Below, in pieces: positions 24,030 to 35,785 of a stretch of 64,000 bases of DNA. The notes beneath the pieces were generated by a model. That model was not told where the DNA came from. It searched no databases and saw nothing but the letters and a program-made list of their open reading frames with translations. Positions within the stretch are counted from its first letter, which is position 1. The number at the start of each line of letters is the position of its first letter. The DNA is from Leucoraja ocellata (Eukaryota). The translations under genes were made by a program, and so were the position numbers. The stretch covers positions 2,418,001 to 2,482,000 of the forward strand of contig JAWMAR010000350.1 in NCBI GenBank assembly GCA_036785375.1. Direction: 5' to 3'.

Positions 24030-25000
24030 ACAGACCTTACCGGGGATTGGGGTTATCAGAGAGAACAATCACCACCATGTCGGCATCCCTGCGAGTTTCC
24101 ACCAAGAAACAGTACCTGACCTACATCAGGAAATGGGAACAGTACTGTCTGGAAGCAGGGACATCTTACAAGACGGCTTCGGTCTCGGATGTGCTGGAGT
24201 TCCTGGCCCACCTGCACCATGACCTAAAGATGAGCTACAGTGCCATCAATACAGCTCGGAGCGCCCTGTCCGCATACCTCATGCCCATAGGACAGCATAG
24301 TGTTGGATCCCACCCTCTGGTTATCAAACTCCTTAAAGGGATTTATAACACCAAACCCCCTACACCTAGATACACCCAAGTGTGGGATGTTAGTGTAGTA
24401 TTGACACACCTTCGAGGTTGGCCTCCGGTGGGATCCCTGAGCCTGGAACAGTCCACTTACAAGACCCTTATGCTCATGGCGCTTGTCTCTGCTCAGAGGG
24501 TTCAGTCGCTGCATCAGTTAAGTCTGGACCACATGGTGACCACCCCAGATACCATTACTTTTACCATGCCGGGGTTGGTCAAACAGAGCAGACCAGGTAC
24601 ATCCAACTCCCCGTTGATCTTCCGGGCATACCCTCCAGAACCTAGGCTGTGTGTGGTGACCCACCTTTATCATTACTTAGACACTACCCAAACTCTTAGA
24701 GGGAGAGAAAAAGCCTTATGGGTCAGCCATAAAAAGCCTTTTGGACGGGTTACCAGCCAGACAATATCCAGATGGTTGAAACAGGTCCTTAACATGGCAG
24801 GGATTAACACAGATGTTTTTAAATCCCATTCAACCAGGGCAGCGTCCACCTCAGCGGCGGATCGGATGCAGGTTCCCCTAGACCACATCCTCAGAGCAGC
24901 GGGATGGTCAAGGGAATCGACATTCCAAAAATTCTACAGAAAACCGCTGATGGGAAAGGACGTCTTTGCGGAGAGAATTTTAGAAACCGCAAATTTATAA
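23990..25000 (+). CDS. DIRS ORF3: tyrosine recombinase
   Basis: N-terminal core-binding region (YSAINTARSALS), catalytic R in SAQRVQ, HSTR, GW and Y in FQKFY. The true start may be ATG 24077. Confidence 0.95.
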   Translation: MPPKIEPPGFQILNRPYRGLGLSERTITTMSASLRVSTKKQYLTYIRKWEQYCLEAGTSYKTASVSDVLEFLAHLHHDLKMSYSAINTARSALSAYLMPIGQHSVGSHPLVIKLLKGIYNTKPPTPRYTQVWDVSVVLTHLRGWPPVGSLSLEQSTYKTLMLMALVSAQRVQSLHQLSLDHMVTTPDTITFTMPGLVKQSRPGTSNSPLIFRAYPPEPRLCVVTHLYHYLDTTQTLRGREKALWVSHKKPFGRVTSQTISRWLKQVLNMAGINTDVFKSHSTRAASTSAADRMQVPLDHILRAAGWSRESTFQKFYRKPLMGKDVFAERILETANL

Positions 25001-25159
25001 TTTAAAGCCCAGGGGAGCTATTTTTTGTTGTTGTTAATAAACATTTGTTTTTTAAAACTAACAAACTTGTTGGTCTTTAGATACCACTTCCTCCCTCGAT
25101 GATCTTTCGGCAGTGAGTGATATAACTGTTACATGGTTTGAAATCACAGACCTTTGAAG

Positions 25160-25272
25160 TCTTCACGTAGTCACTCACGTGACTCCGAAGTAAAATAGTA
25201 AGATTAAACGAGTACTTACCAGTACGAAGTTTGATCTGTATTTTATGAGGAGTTACGATGAGGGATTACGTG
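25160..25272. repeat. DIRS internal complementary region (ICR)
   Basis: 25160-25196 is the reverse complement of the left terminus 20690-20726. 25194-25272 is the reverse complement of the right terminus 25417-25495. Confidence 0.96.
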
Positions 25273-25659
25273 CCCTCCGCTCCCACCCTCATTGTATAGA
25301 TCAAACTCGGACTGATGTCTCATTAATCTTTACTATCTTTACTTCAATTTGTGTCTATCTGTGATTCCACACCGCTGCTTGGAAGTATGCCGCGCCTGCG
25401 CGCTGGGTGGGTTCTTCACGTAATCCCTCATCGTAACTCCTCATAAAATACAGATCAAACTTCGTACTGGTAAGTACTCGTTTAATCTTACTATTACTTA
25501 GCTCTATCTGCAGCCTATTGTTTCAGTGTTTAGCATCCTGTGTGTAGCTTTAGTAAACTGCATTACATTTTCAGTGTGGTGCTATCCTCAGCACTCTTTC
25601 CCACACCAGTCATTGAAGCAGAATTGTGCAGTTTTGAGGCTCGTAGATAAAGGTGAATG

Positions 25660-26550
25660 AAGATTCAAGATTCAAGAGAGTTTATTGTCATGTGTCCCAG
25701 ATAGGACAATGTAATTCTTGCTTTGCTTCAGCACAACAGAATATAGAAGGCATGAATACAGAACAGATCAGTGTGTCCATATACCATTATATAAATATAT
25801 ACACACATGAATAAATAAAACAGATAAAGTGCAAATAAATAGATAATGGGCTATTAATGTTCAGAGTTTTGTTTGAGTTGAGTTTAATATCCTGATGGCT
25901 GTGGGGAAGAAGCTGTTTCTGAACCTGGGCGTTGCAGTCTTCAGGCTCCTGTACCTTCTACCTGAAGGTAGCGGGGAGATGAGTGTGTGGCCAGGATGGT
26001 GTGGGTCCTTGATGATGCTGCCAGCCTTTTTGAGGCAGCGACTGCGATAGATCCCCTCGATGGTAGAGAGGTCAGAGCCGATGGTGGACTTTCTGTAGTC
26101 TTTTCCGCTACTGGGCGCTCAAGTTGCCGAACCAAGCCATGATGCAACCGGTCAGCATGCTCTCTACTGTGCACCTGTAGAGGTTAGAGAGAGTCCTCCT
26201 TGACATACTGACTCTCCGTAATCTTCTCAGGAAGTAGAGGGGCTGATGTGCTTTCTTTATAATTGCATCAGTGTTCTCTGACCAGGAGAGATCTTCAGAG
26301 ATGTGCACGCCCAGGAATTTGAAGCTTTTGACCCTTTCCACCATCGACCCGTTGATATAAACGGGACTGTGGGTCCCCATCCTACCTCTTCCAAAGTCCA
26401 CAATCAGTTCCTTGGTTTTGCTGGTGTTGAGGGCCAGGTTATTGTGCTGGCACCATTTGGTCAGTCGGTCGATCTCTCTTCTATACTCTTACTCGTCCCC
26501 ATCAGTGATACGTCCAACAACAGTGGTGTCATCAGCGAACTTGATGATGG
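25660..26550 (-). mobile_element. 5'-truncated Rex1/Babar-type LINE
   Basis: KFADDTT, FKFLGVHISEDLSW, YRCTVESMLTGCIMAWFGN; AATAAA and (TCTTGAA)n tail at about 25660-25686. Confidence 0.9.
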
Positions 26551-26741
26551 CGTGATAATGGGTCATGGGTGAAAGAAGTGGAACATACGTTGAAATTGAA
26601 GACTCAAGAATGTTTATTGTCATGCCCCGAAACAGAACAATTAAATTCTTACTTGCAGCAGCACAACAGATATGTAATCATAGTACTGTGTAAACATTCT
26701 AATAAACACCAACAAAAGTTCAGCAGATATATTTTATGTAC

Positions 26742-27587
26742 TGTGGTAAGAAAGTCCAGGATTGCATGGGAGTGCTGTTTCTTGCCTTCAGGGTGCATGT
26801 GCAGTGCCGCTGATGATCTCGGGCTTGCCTGGCAGCTTGGTCCTGATCTTGAAGGAGGACGTGTGGCTATCTCAGACTTCTCCCTGCAGTTCAGCCTTGC
26901 CTCAAGAGGAGATGCTGACGGTCTCAGGTTTATCGTGGCGGCTCAGCTTTGCGGGTTGAAAAAGCAGTGCTGGTGGTCTCTGGTTGCTGAGGCACGCACT
27001 GAAGCTCGGTGCAGCCAACACCAAGGCTCGCTAGGGAGGGACCACAGTCTAGAGTCCATCCGCTGCTGGACATAGGGGGGCAAGGTGTGGTGGAGATGCC
27101 CCTCAAAATAAGGGAAGGGATACCACGCCAGTGGGCACATGAGTGGCATGGGTGGGGGATAAATTTGTGAAATTTGAGTAATGTAAGTAAACAGTTTTGA
27201 ATGTTTTGTATAGACTCCGAAAATATCGGATGAATTTATTGCACGGTTCATGTATTGTACTTATTTATTACCTGAATAAAGTCTATTTTGAAATAAAAAA
27301 ATCCTGGCCACTCAGTCTTTGCCGCTGTGTGTGGGCAGTCTCTTGTTCTCGGTGGGTAGGAAGAGGTCCTGGCGTCTCCGGTTTGCCCCGGCCACTCACT
27401 CTAAGCCACAGTAGAGACACTGGCTCTCTCACCCTCTCCCTTCTCCCCTGTGGCTAGAATGCCTGGGTTTTATAGGGACTAGGCTGACGAGGTTCAGGTA
27501 ATCAAACCAATACCAGCTGAGGATTGGCCTCTCCTGGTTAGTCACCCAGTGATAGGGATCAGAGCGACATCTGAGGGCAGCGTCACA
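26742..27587 (-). mobile_element. Probable solo LTR, interrupted by a LINE 3' end with poly(A) at about 27075-27301
   Basis: TGTG...CACA termini. CCAAT (about 27523) and TATAAAA (about 27468) on minus. Flanks GTAC/ATAT are not a clean TSD. Confidence 0.45.
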
Positions 27588-27592
27588 ATATA

Positions 27593-28388
27593 TGTATATT
27601 CGCCACTTTTTGTAATCTTCTTCGTTCTTCTTTAAATTGCCAAACCAGGCTGTCTGTAATGCTGTGACTGATATTCACTTTCCAAACCAAAGGCTTGTTC
27701 ACTTCACAGGCCCCAATGCTTTTTACTAAACTCAGCTTTTTAGCGCAACAACTGTCCAAGGTTCAAGATGTTTGGTGTTCCGTAGGTTAGGAATCTAATC
27801 ACTACATACCTTGCTCACCCTCTTGATTTAATCAAGAGAAACAATAAGCCAAGGCTCAAGATGATTGTTGTTTACTAAGTTAAAGATCTAATCAGTACAC
27901 AGTTTGCTCACGTTGGTGTTCATTCAAAGAAAGAATGGGTCCAAGGTTGGCCTAACAAACACTTCATCCTTCTGACCTAATCAAGGTATTTCAAGGACAT
28001 GGCATGAAGATGAGGTCAACCAGGAGCGAAACAGTATAAATGTTAGAAGAAAGCCAGGATTGGTAGGGGTTAATTAAAATGGAATAAGAGTGAGGAAATA
28101 CAATCCACTCCTCGGCCCCACTCCTCTTTCCCCATCTTCTGCCGAGGACAACTTGTTCGTCTGCAACTCATTGGTATGTTATCCTAAGTTAAAAGAATTG
28201 TACTTGTGTTTTGGAAATCCTTTGTAAACTATGATCTCCCGTTAAAATTATTCCTCAGAATTAAACGTGATTCATTTAAATATATAACTGTTTATTCTGC
28301 TTTGTTAGCTGGAAGTAACTCCTCTTTGGTTGGGAGGAGGGACCCACCGCTCAAAATAGTGATTATTGACAGATAAACTCCTTCAACA
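27593..28388 (+). mobile_element. Possible solo LTR with two tandem 92-93 bp repeats
   Basis: TG...AACA ends; repeat units start CCAAGG at 27756, 27849 and 27941; TATAAA at about 28035 and ATTAAA at about 28260. No TSD found. Confidence 0.4.
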
Positions 28389-29154
28389 GAGACTAGAGCA
28401 GTGAATTGTTGTCTTTGAAATATAGGTTGATACAATATAATCTCATTATAGTGAGAGTACTTGTAGATGCTTACTGTATAACAGATAAGACAAAGTCTTG
28501 ACTCAAGTTTAGGGCTCTTGGATGGGTAAACTCAATATCATCACAATGCAACCAGCCAAGATGCTCTCTACTGAACACCTGTAGAGGTTCAGACAATATT
28601 TGATGACATATCAAATCTTCTCAATCTTCTAAGGAAGTAGAGGTGTTGATGAGCTTTCTTTATGATTGCATCGATGTGCTGGGTCCAGGACAGATCTTCA
28701 GAGATGTGTACACACAGCTGTGAAGAAATTGCAGAGGGAGACCTGACAAAAATGGTAGAAGAGGGAAAATTAAAGAAGGGAGAATTACAGAAGGGGGGGG
28801 TGGGAAGATATTAGAGTGAAATGAGTGTTGTTGCAGGGCTAATGAATAAGCTATAGGAAAGCATGCGTGTTTGTGTTCAAGTGATGTGATTGGAAAGTGT
28901 GAATCTGCATGTGGTTAGCTTGGTTTTTGTGTGTGCGTGCGTGTGCGTGAGTGAATGTGTGAATGTATGGTGTGTGGTTAGTTAGTTCAGCAAAACTTGG
29001 TCTCCAGGTGTCATGGGCCTCCTTTTCATTGGAGTCAAAGCTCACTCTGTCAGGAGTGTCTGATAGCTGTTATGCTACAACTAGCCCCACGTTGAAAGGT
29101 GCCCATAATAGGCATCTACTGCTCTTCAAAAGGCTGGCAAAAATGCAACTCATT

Positions 29155-29905
29155 TAGTTTTACTTTAATTTAGTTTAGTTTATTGTCACATATACTGAGA
29201 TACAGTGAAAAGCTTTTGTTGCATGCTAACCAGTCAGCGGAAAGACAATACATGATTACAATCGAGCCATTCACAGCATACATATATATGATAAAGGAAA
29301 TAACGTTTAGTGCAAGATAAAGCCAGTAAAGTCTGATCAAAGATAGTCTGAGGATCTCAGATGAGGTAGATAGCAGTTCAGGGCTGCTCCCTAGTTGTGG
29401 TAGGATGGTTCAGTTGCCTGATAACAGCTGGGAAGAAACTGTTCTTGAATCTGGAGGTGTGCGTTTTCACACTTTTATACCTTTTGCCCGATGGGAGAGG
29501 GGAGAAGTGTGTGGCCAGGGTCACATGCTTCTTTGATTATGCTGCTGGCTTTGCTGAGGCAGTGCGTGGTCTAAATGGAGTCAATGGAAGGGAAGTTGGT
29601 TTGTGAGATGGTCTAGGTCGTGCCCACAATTCTCTGTAATTTCCTGCAGTCTAATGCCCCTGTCCCACTTGGGAAACCTGAACGGAAACCTCTGGAGACT
29701 TTGCGCCCCATCCAAGGTTTCCGTACGGTTCCCGGAGGTTGCAGGTAGTGGAAGCAGGTAAGGGAGACCGACAAAAACCTCCGGGAACCGCATGGAAACC
29801 TTTGGTAGGGCCCAAAGTCTCCAGAGGTTTCCGTTCAGGTTTCCTAAGTGGGACAGGGGCATTAGAAGGAGCTGTTTCCAAACCAAGCTGTGATGCATCG
29901 CAATG
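29155..29905 (-). mobile_element. Rex1/Babar-type LINE 3' fragment hosting a MITE
   Basis: (TTTAG)n tail, TTTATTGTCAC and AGCTGGGAAGAAACTGTTC (SFFPAVI on minus). Confidence 0.75.
29655..29861. mobile_element. Palindromic MITE, PIF/Harbinger-like
   Basis: About 85-bp near-perfect inverted arms starting TGCCCCTGTCCCACT; TAA and TTA flanks, consistent with a 3-bp TWA target. Confidence 0.85.
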
Positions 29906-30456
29906 TAACTCTCCTTCGTGCTCGAGAGAAGTTCCCGCATACTCACGGCCTCAGTTTGGTCAAGGAGTATTTTTTATCATGCTGAAAAATTGTCCGCGAG
30001 TAAACATTGGTCGGCATGGAAAAAAATCAATTTTTTTTTACTTGAAGGTTAGTCGAAGTGGGTCATAGTAGGTCGGCATTTTATTCGTAGGTAATCAAAG
30101 GCAATCGAAGGTAGTCGACGGTAATCGAAGGCAGTCAAAGGTAGTCGTAGATCGTGTTAGTATAGTCGAAGGTGGTCGTCTTCACTCTCCACTATTCGGT
30201 GTCTGATTTTCCAGAGAGCATCGGCGAGTAAATCGTAGATAGTCGAAGCAAGTCTTCAACATAGTCAAAGGAGATCGAAGGAGGTCTTCTACATGGTCGT
30301 AGGAAGTCTTCAACATATTCGTGGGAGGTTCTCTACATAGTTGAAGGAGGTCATAGGAGGTGTTCTATTTCGGCGATACAAGAGCATGACACTCTCCTTG
30401 ACTCTCCTAAACTCTTCTAAACTCGCAAATTAAGTCCCCGCAGTGGGACAGGCCCT
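29906..30456. mobile_element. Related Harbinger-like non-autonomous element with one TIR left
   Basis: Ends in AGTGGGACAGGCCCT-TAA, the same TIR core as the MITE. Internal degenerate (GGTAGTCGAA)n array at about 30050-30350. Confidence 0.65.
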
Positions 30457-31574
30457 TAAATATTTTAAGTTGTTATCCTTCAAATATCATCTCGCAGCCA
30501 TGGATATAATTTCTCCTGATCTGCATGATCAAAACCATGTATTAACCGTAAATAAACCTTTCCTTAATCTCTGCTATTCTCCAAGAAGAACAATTCTGGC
30601 TTTTCCACTCTCTCTCCATAGCACCAATATAGAAGCATCCTCTACACCCCAAACAAAGCCATGACATGGAGGCCAGAATAGGACTCAGAACATCAGTCGA
30701 TATCAACTATGTTTAGTTATCTTATTTTTTTAACATTATTGAGGGTTTATTTTTCCAACTATTTATTATCAGTGATTACTATTCGCTGATTCTTGAAGAG
30801 ATGATAATCTTGAACATTGCATTCTCTCTCTTTCCAAAAACCCACAAGGATTGAAATCTGTAGCAGCGGAACAATAAGAATCTCTAGTTCCTGAATAATA
30901 GATCTCTCCAGCTGCTTTTGCTTTAATTAAATATTTATTTAAATGTCAATTTTGCAGTTGATGGCTTAAGTAACATTGTGTGTTCAATGACTGAGGGCTC
31001 GGAGGTGAATTTTGAAATGCAGTAGCTGACCAAATCCTTTGTTACCAACACCGGGTCACTTTGCCCTGGTATAAAGATCCATCTGTAGAGTGTACACCTG
31101 AAGCTATGAAGCCCTGCCTACACATCAACACCAGGCTGCACGTGTCCCAACTGCACGTAGCACGGTGTGCCAGGGCTGGGAATTCAAATCCCAGGACAAA
31201 TCTCCAACTGGAAATTGTTCATGATCCAAGGACACATATTTCAAGAGTAACTCCATCACATGTGATTCTCTTAAGGGTGAGTTCTTCATTTATTAAGATA
31301 AATGCAAAACAATATGGAATCTGGTACATTTTGAGTCTGACCTTATGTTAATAAATAACAAAACGGAAAAACAATGATTTAGTTTAAAACAGCTTCAAAA
31401 TGAAATCATGTATGAAATATAGGGAGGCAAGGTGGACATCACACAGAATAAAGCCAGACCAGAATTGTACTGGATGGAACCTCGTATTCTGCCGGGGTTG
31501 CCTACAAACCTAATGGCATGAGCATTGAATTTGAATATTATTATTTTTTTTAATTAAAAAAAAACATTGAATTT

Positions 31575-32345
31575 TCACACCATGAACCAAATTGTTCTAT
31601 AATATTTAGAACATTTGGAATACTAACTTGCGGATTAGTAATGTATAAAAGTACATCATCTGCATATAACAAGATTTTATTGGTGGTATATTTGGTATTG
31701 TATCCATAAATGCCTGAATGGGACCTGATAGAACCAAGAGGTTCTGTGGCTAAAGTAAATAACATTGGAGAAAGGCACATCCTTGTCTGTTACCCCGAGC
31801 TACATAAAATTTAGGTGAAAGCATTTGATTTGTCAGTATGCTAGCTGTTGCATTAGTGTGTAAAAGCTTCACCCATAAAGTAAAGTTTTCTCCCAATTGA
31901 AATTTTTCCAACATTGTGAAAAGATAAGACCATTCCACTTGGTCGAAAGCTTTTTCTGCATCTAGAGAAATAATTATTAGTTCTTCGTTTGGCATTCATA
32001 TTCATCTGCGAATATAATATGTTAAACAAACGTCTCAAATTATAAAACGAGTGTCGTTTAGGTATAAACCCAGTTTAATCTGGATGTATTAATTTACCAA
32101 TAACCAAGCTTAATCTACGAGCCAAAGTCTTAGCTAGTATCTTCTGATCTGTATTTAAAAGGGCTATTGCCCTATAGAATCCAGGCTCCTTGAGATTTTT
32201 ATCTTTTTTTGGAATTAATATAATAGTTGATTCAGCAAGAGTTTGTACTTTAAATGCTTGAATATAAAGGGCTTGTAAGCATGGAGAAATTAAATCATCA
32301 CATTTTTTATAAAAATGTGTTACTAAACCCGTCTGGGCTAAGAGT
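31575..32345 (-). mobile_element. L1-clade LINE RT fragment
   Basis: YRAIALLNTDQKILAK, IISLDAEKAFDQVEW, RGNRQGC, LSPMLF, LYADD; frameshifted. Confidence 0.9.
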
Positions 32346-32349
32346 TTTG

Positions 32350-33800
32350 TGGGAGGGGGAAAGAAAGTTGTAGGAGAGGAGGGCAAGATAAAGCCTAGGA
32401 GACAATAGGCACATATAAGGGAGGTTATTTGATATGCAGATGTTTGGACAAAGACAGAGATGAAAAGGCTGAACAAGTTGAAGAGTTGCAAATTGTGAAG
32501 CTAGAGGAAAGAATATTAGTTGAAGGGGAGGGGAGTGCGAGTCCAGGTGGAACACAGAGGAGAGGAGAGGGGAGGGGGAGTGGAAAGAAGGGAGAGTAAA
32601 TGGGGAAGAAAGGAGAGGGGGAGGGATATGCAGTCACCTAAAATTGTACAATTCACTGCTCATAACATTGAGTTGTAAGCTACCCAAGTGGAATACGAGG
32701 TGATGTTCCTCCATTTTGCATGTGGTCTCACCCTGGTAATGGAGGAGGCCCTGGACAGATGAATGGCCAAAGGAGTCAAAAAGGATAGCAACTGGGCGAT
32801 CCTGCAGGTGTTGGTGGGCTGAGCGTGTGTTTGGTGAAACGGTCTATGCTTAGTCTCGCTGATGATGTATGCCACATCAGGAACACAGTAGATGAGGTTA
32901 GACAAGATGCACATGAAGTATTGTTTCAGCTGGAAGGACAGCTGAGATCCCTGGATGGAGGTGTGGGAACTGGTGTTACATCTGTGGTTGCAGAGGAAGG
33001 TATCTGAAGTGGGGGTGGTTTGGGTGGGAAGTGATGAGTGAACCAGAGTTATGCAAGCAGGCAGAAAGGAGTGGGGATGTGACTTGCAGTGGGATCTCAG
33101 ATAACTATGGGAGCCAGTAGGTTTGTAGTAGGCGTCAGCCGATAGTCTGTCCCCTGCGATGGAGACAGAGAGAGATCAAGAAAGGGGAGAGAGGTATCAG
33201 GTAGTCCGAGCGAATTTGAGGTTGGGGGTGGAAGTTAGAGGTAATGTTAATGAAATCAACTAGTCTGCACGGGTGTAGGAGAGAGCCCTGATGCAGTCGT
33301 CTATGTAGCTGAGAAAGTAGGAGGACGGGGTCAATGTACATCTGGAACAAGGACACTTCAATGTAACCAACAAAAAGTCAGGCATGGCCGGAGCCCACGC
33401 GAGTGTCCATGGCTACACCTTTAACTAGAAGAAAGTGAGAGGATCAAAGGAGGAGTTGTTGAGGGCGAGGACAGTTTTGGCAGAGAGGAAAATGGATTGG
33501 GTCTCTGTTCGAAGAAGAACTGGAGGGCCTTGAGATCTTCCTGGTGGGGGGGTGGAGGTGTAAAAGAGCTGGACGAACATGGTAAAGATGAACATGGTGA
33601 TCATTGAACAAGAATGTTCAACTTTGCCAGAAAAAAGACTACACCTTTAGTTTGAGGAAAGTGAGAGGAATTTAAAAAAAAATTGTTGAGGGTGAGGACA
33701 ACTTCCAACAAATGGAGGAGAGTGTTAGTTAAGGGGAACTAGTTGGGACTTTGTTCTTTAGAGGAAATGGAGGTGGTCATCGATGGGGGTCAAGATCAAG
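32350..33800 (-). mobile_element. Old degraded Penelope-like element
   Basis: Remnants SNLIYC..YIISETKHR and LVDFINITSNFHP, homologous to 15559-17111. Confidence 0.75.
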
Positions 33801-34533
33801 TGGTGGCTAGGAGGAAGTGTCCAAGACATTGCCTATCCTCGGCAAGGTAGAGGTCAATATGCTTCTTGTGTATGGTACAAGTGACATTTATTTCCCAAGC
33901 CCAGTTTCTGAAAGAGTTTAAACAAAGACTGTGCTGTTGTTTGCAGGAGACGGACACCCCAATACATAGGAGGGCGATTCTTCATGATCAGGGAGTCATG
34001 TTCATTGTTGGGTAGTGAAGCACGCTCTGTAATGGATCTAGCATTGAAAGAGGGAGTGTGAAGACTGAAGACATGACTGTCTTACTTTGTGTACTGAGGG
34101 GAGAGGGAGGAAGAGGAAGTGGGGAGGTTTTTCTCTCCTCCAAACAACAGCATGAAACTCTTCCAGAAACTGGGCTTGGAAAATAAATGTCACGTACAAC
34201 ACACCAAGAAGCATATTGACCTCTATCTTGCTGAGGATATTTTACAATATTACAGCAATCAATTATTCAGTTTACAGAACAAAGCTAAACACTAAGTGCA
34301 ATTTGCTAAATTGCAGCCTTCACAGTCATATTTTTAATAAGGAAGGAAGAATGTGATTGAATAAAGAGCAGGCTAATGTGCAGTGTATAGAGAACAAGCT
34401 GGGCAGAGAACAAGACTCTCCTACCTTAGAGAACTGAGAGACTGCTCACCCCTGATTGTGCCATCCAACCCAAGAGCTACTCCCTTCACCGGATGGACCG
34501 CATGGCATCATGCAGATGTTCTATCAATCAGTG

Positions 34534-34662
34534 TTCAAGAAGGAACTGCAGATGCTGGAAAATCGAAGGTAGACAAAAGTGCTGGAGAAACTCAGCGGGT
34601 GAGGCAGCATCTATGGAGCGAAGGAAATAGGCAACGTTTAGGGCCGAAACCCTTCTTCAGAC
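34534..34662 (-). mobile_element. Penelope pLTR inserted in a Rex/Babar LINE
   Basis: Flanked by TTCTATCAATC(A/G)GTG at about 34519-34533 and 34667-34681. Confidence 0.85.
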
Positions 34663-35290
34663 TACATTCTATCAATCGGTGGTAGCCAGTGCGATCTTCT
34701 TTGCTGTCGAATGCTGGGGTAGCAAGGCGAAGGCCGCAGACGCCAACAGAATTAACAAGCTCATCAGGAAAGCTGGCTCCATCCTGGGGGATTCACAGGA
34801 GATGGTCTTGGAAGGGAGGATGCTCCCCAAACTGCAGAGCATCCTGGACAATACACCTCACCCCCTCCATGACACACTGGTCAACCTGAGGAGCGCCTTC
34901 AGCAACAGATTGATTCCACCAAGATGCAGCACTGAACGCCTCAGGAGATCCTTTTTCCCGGTGGCTATCAAACTGTACAACTGAAGGGCCTCGTCCCGAA
35001 ACGTCACCCATTCCTTCTCTCCAGAGATGCTGCCTGTCCTGCTGAGTTTCTCCAGCATTTTGTGTCTACCTTTGATTTAAACCAGCATCTGCAGTTCTTT
35101 CCTACACAACTCCTCCCCTTCTGTTGTGGGGTAGACTGGCTCCCCTTCCCCCTCCTTTCCCCGCTCCAATCTTCGCACATCCCAAATCCTGGACTTTCCA
35201 TTCGTCACTTTAATTTCATGTGTCTTGTGTTTTAAGACTATTGGCAAATCAATTTCCCTCCTGGGATAAATAAAGTTTTATCATATCGTA
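34663..35290 (+). mobile_element. Rex1/Babar LINE 3' part with a further Penelope piece at 34981-35106
   Basis: VASAIFFAVECWG..NKLIRKAGS..HPLH..RRSFFPVAIKLYN; AATAAA and short-repeat tail. Confidence 0.85.
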
Positions 35291-35429
35291 TCTTCGGGTA
35301 GGTTTAGAAGTGAAGGGGTCTGCTTCCTAATCAATACCTTGCGGTCTTTGTGAGCTTGTGCTCCCCAGGCCTAGAATATCTAACCATCACTCAAACCAAC
35401 CTCCGTGTCATTGACTTCATATATACTTA

Positions 35430-35785
35430 ACAATGCCTTGGCAAGCTGCCAGCATAATCAAGGACCAGTCTCACCCTGGTCACTCTCTCTTCTCCCCTCT
35501 CCCATCAGGCAAGAGGTACAACAGTTTGAAAATTCATACCTCCAGATTCAGGGACAGTTTCTTCCCAGCTATTATCAGGCAACTGAACAGTCCTCTCACC
35601 AGCTAGAGTGGCCTGGCCTCCCATCTACCTCATTGGAGACCTTTGACTATCTTTAATCAGATTTAGTTGAACATCTTGCACTAAATGTTGTATCCTTCAT
35701 CTGTGCAATCATGCAGAATCTTTCCTTTGACTGGATAGCATGTAAACCAAAGCTTTGCATTGTACCTTGGTATACGCAATGATAA
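35430..35785 (+). mobile_element. Older Rex1/Babar 3' fragment
   Basis: CAGTTTCTTCCCAGCTATTATCAGGC and AATAAAC(TAAAC)n tail. Confidence 0.7.

Larger units (their letters stand above)
20690..25495 (+). mobile_element. Intact DIRS1-type tyrosine-recombinase retrotransposon (4.8 kb)
   Basis: Three uninterrupted ORFs (gag, RT-RH-MT, YR), inverted terminal repeats, an internal complementary region matching both termini, ATT at both ends and no conventional TSD. Confidence 0.97.

Noticed and set aside
22095-25000. Prophage, integron or bacterial retron contamination (RT, methylase, integrase)
   Set aside because: Domain order with ITR and ICR termini is diagnostic of eukaryotic DIRS1, and the flanks are continuous vertebrate DNA.
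26569-27075. 168-aa ORF
   Set aside because: Crosses a LINE tail and an LTR-like segment; no recognisable protein.
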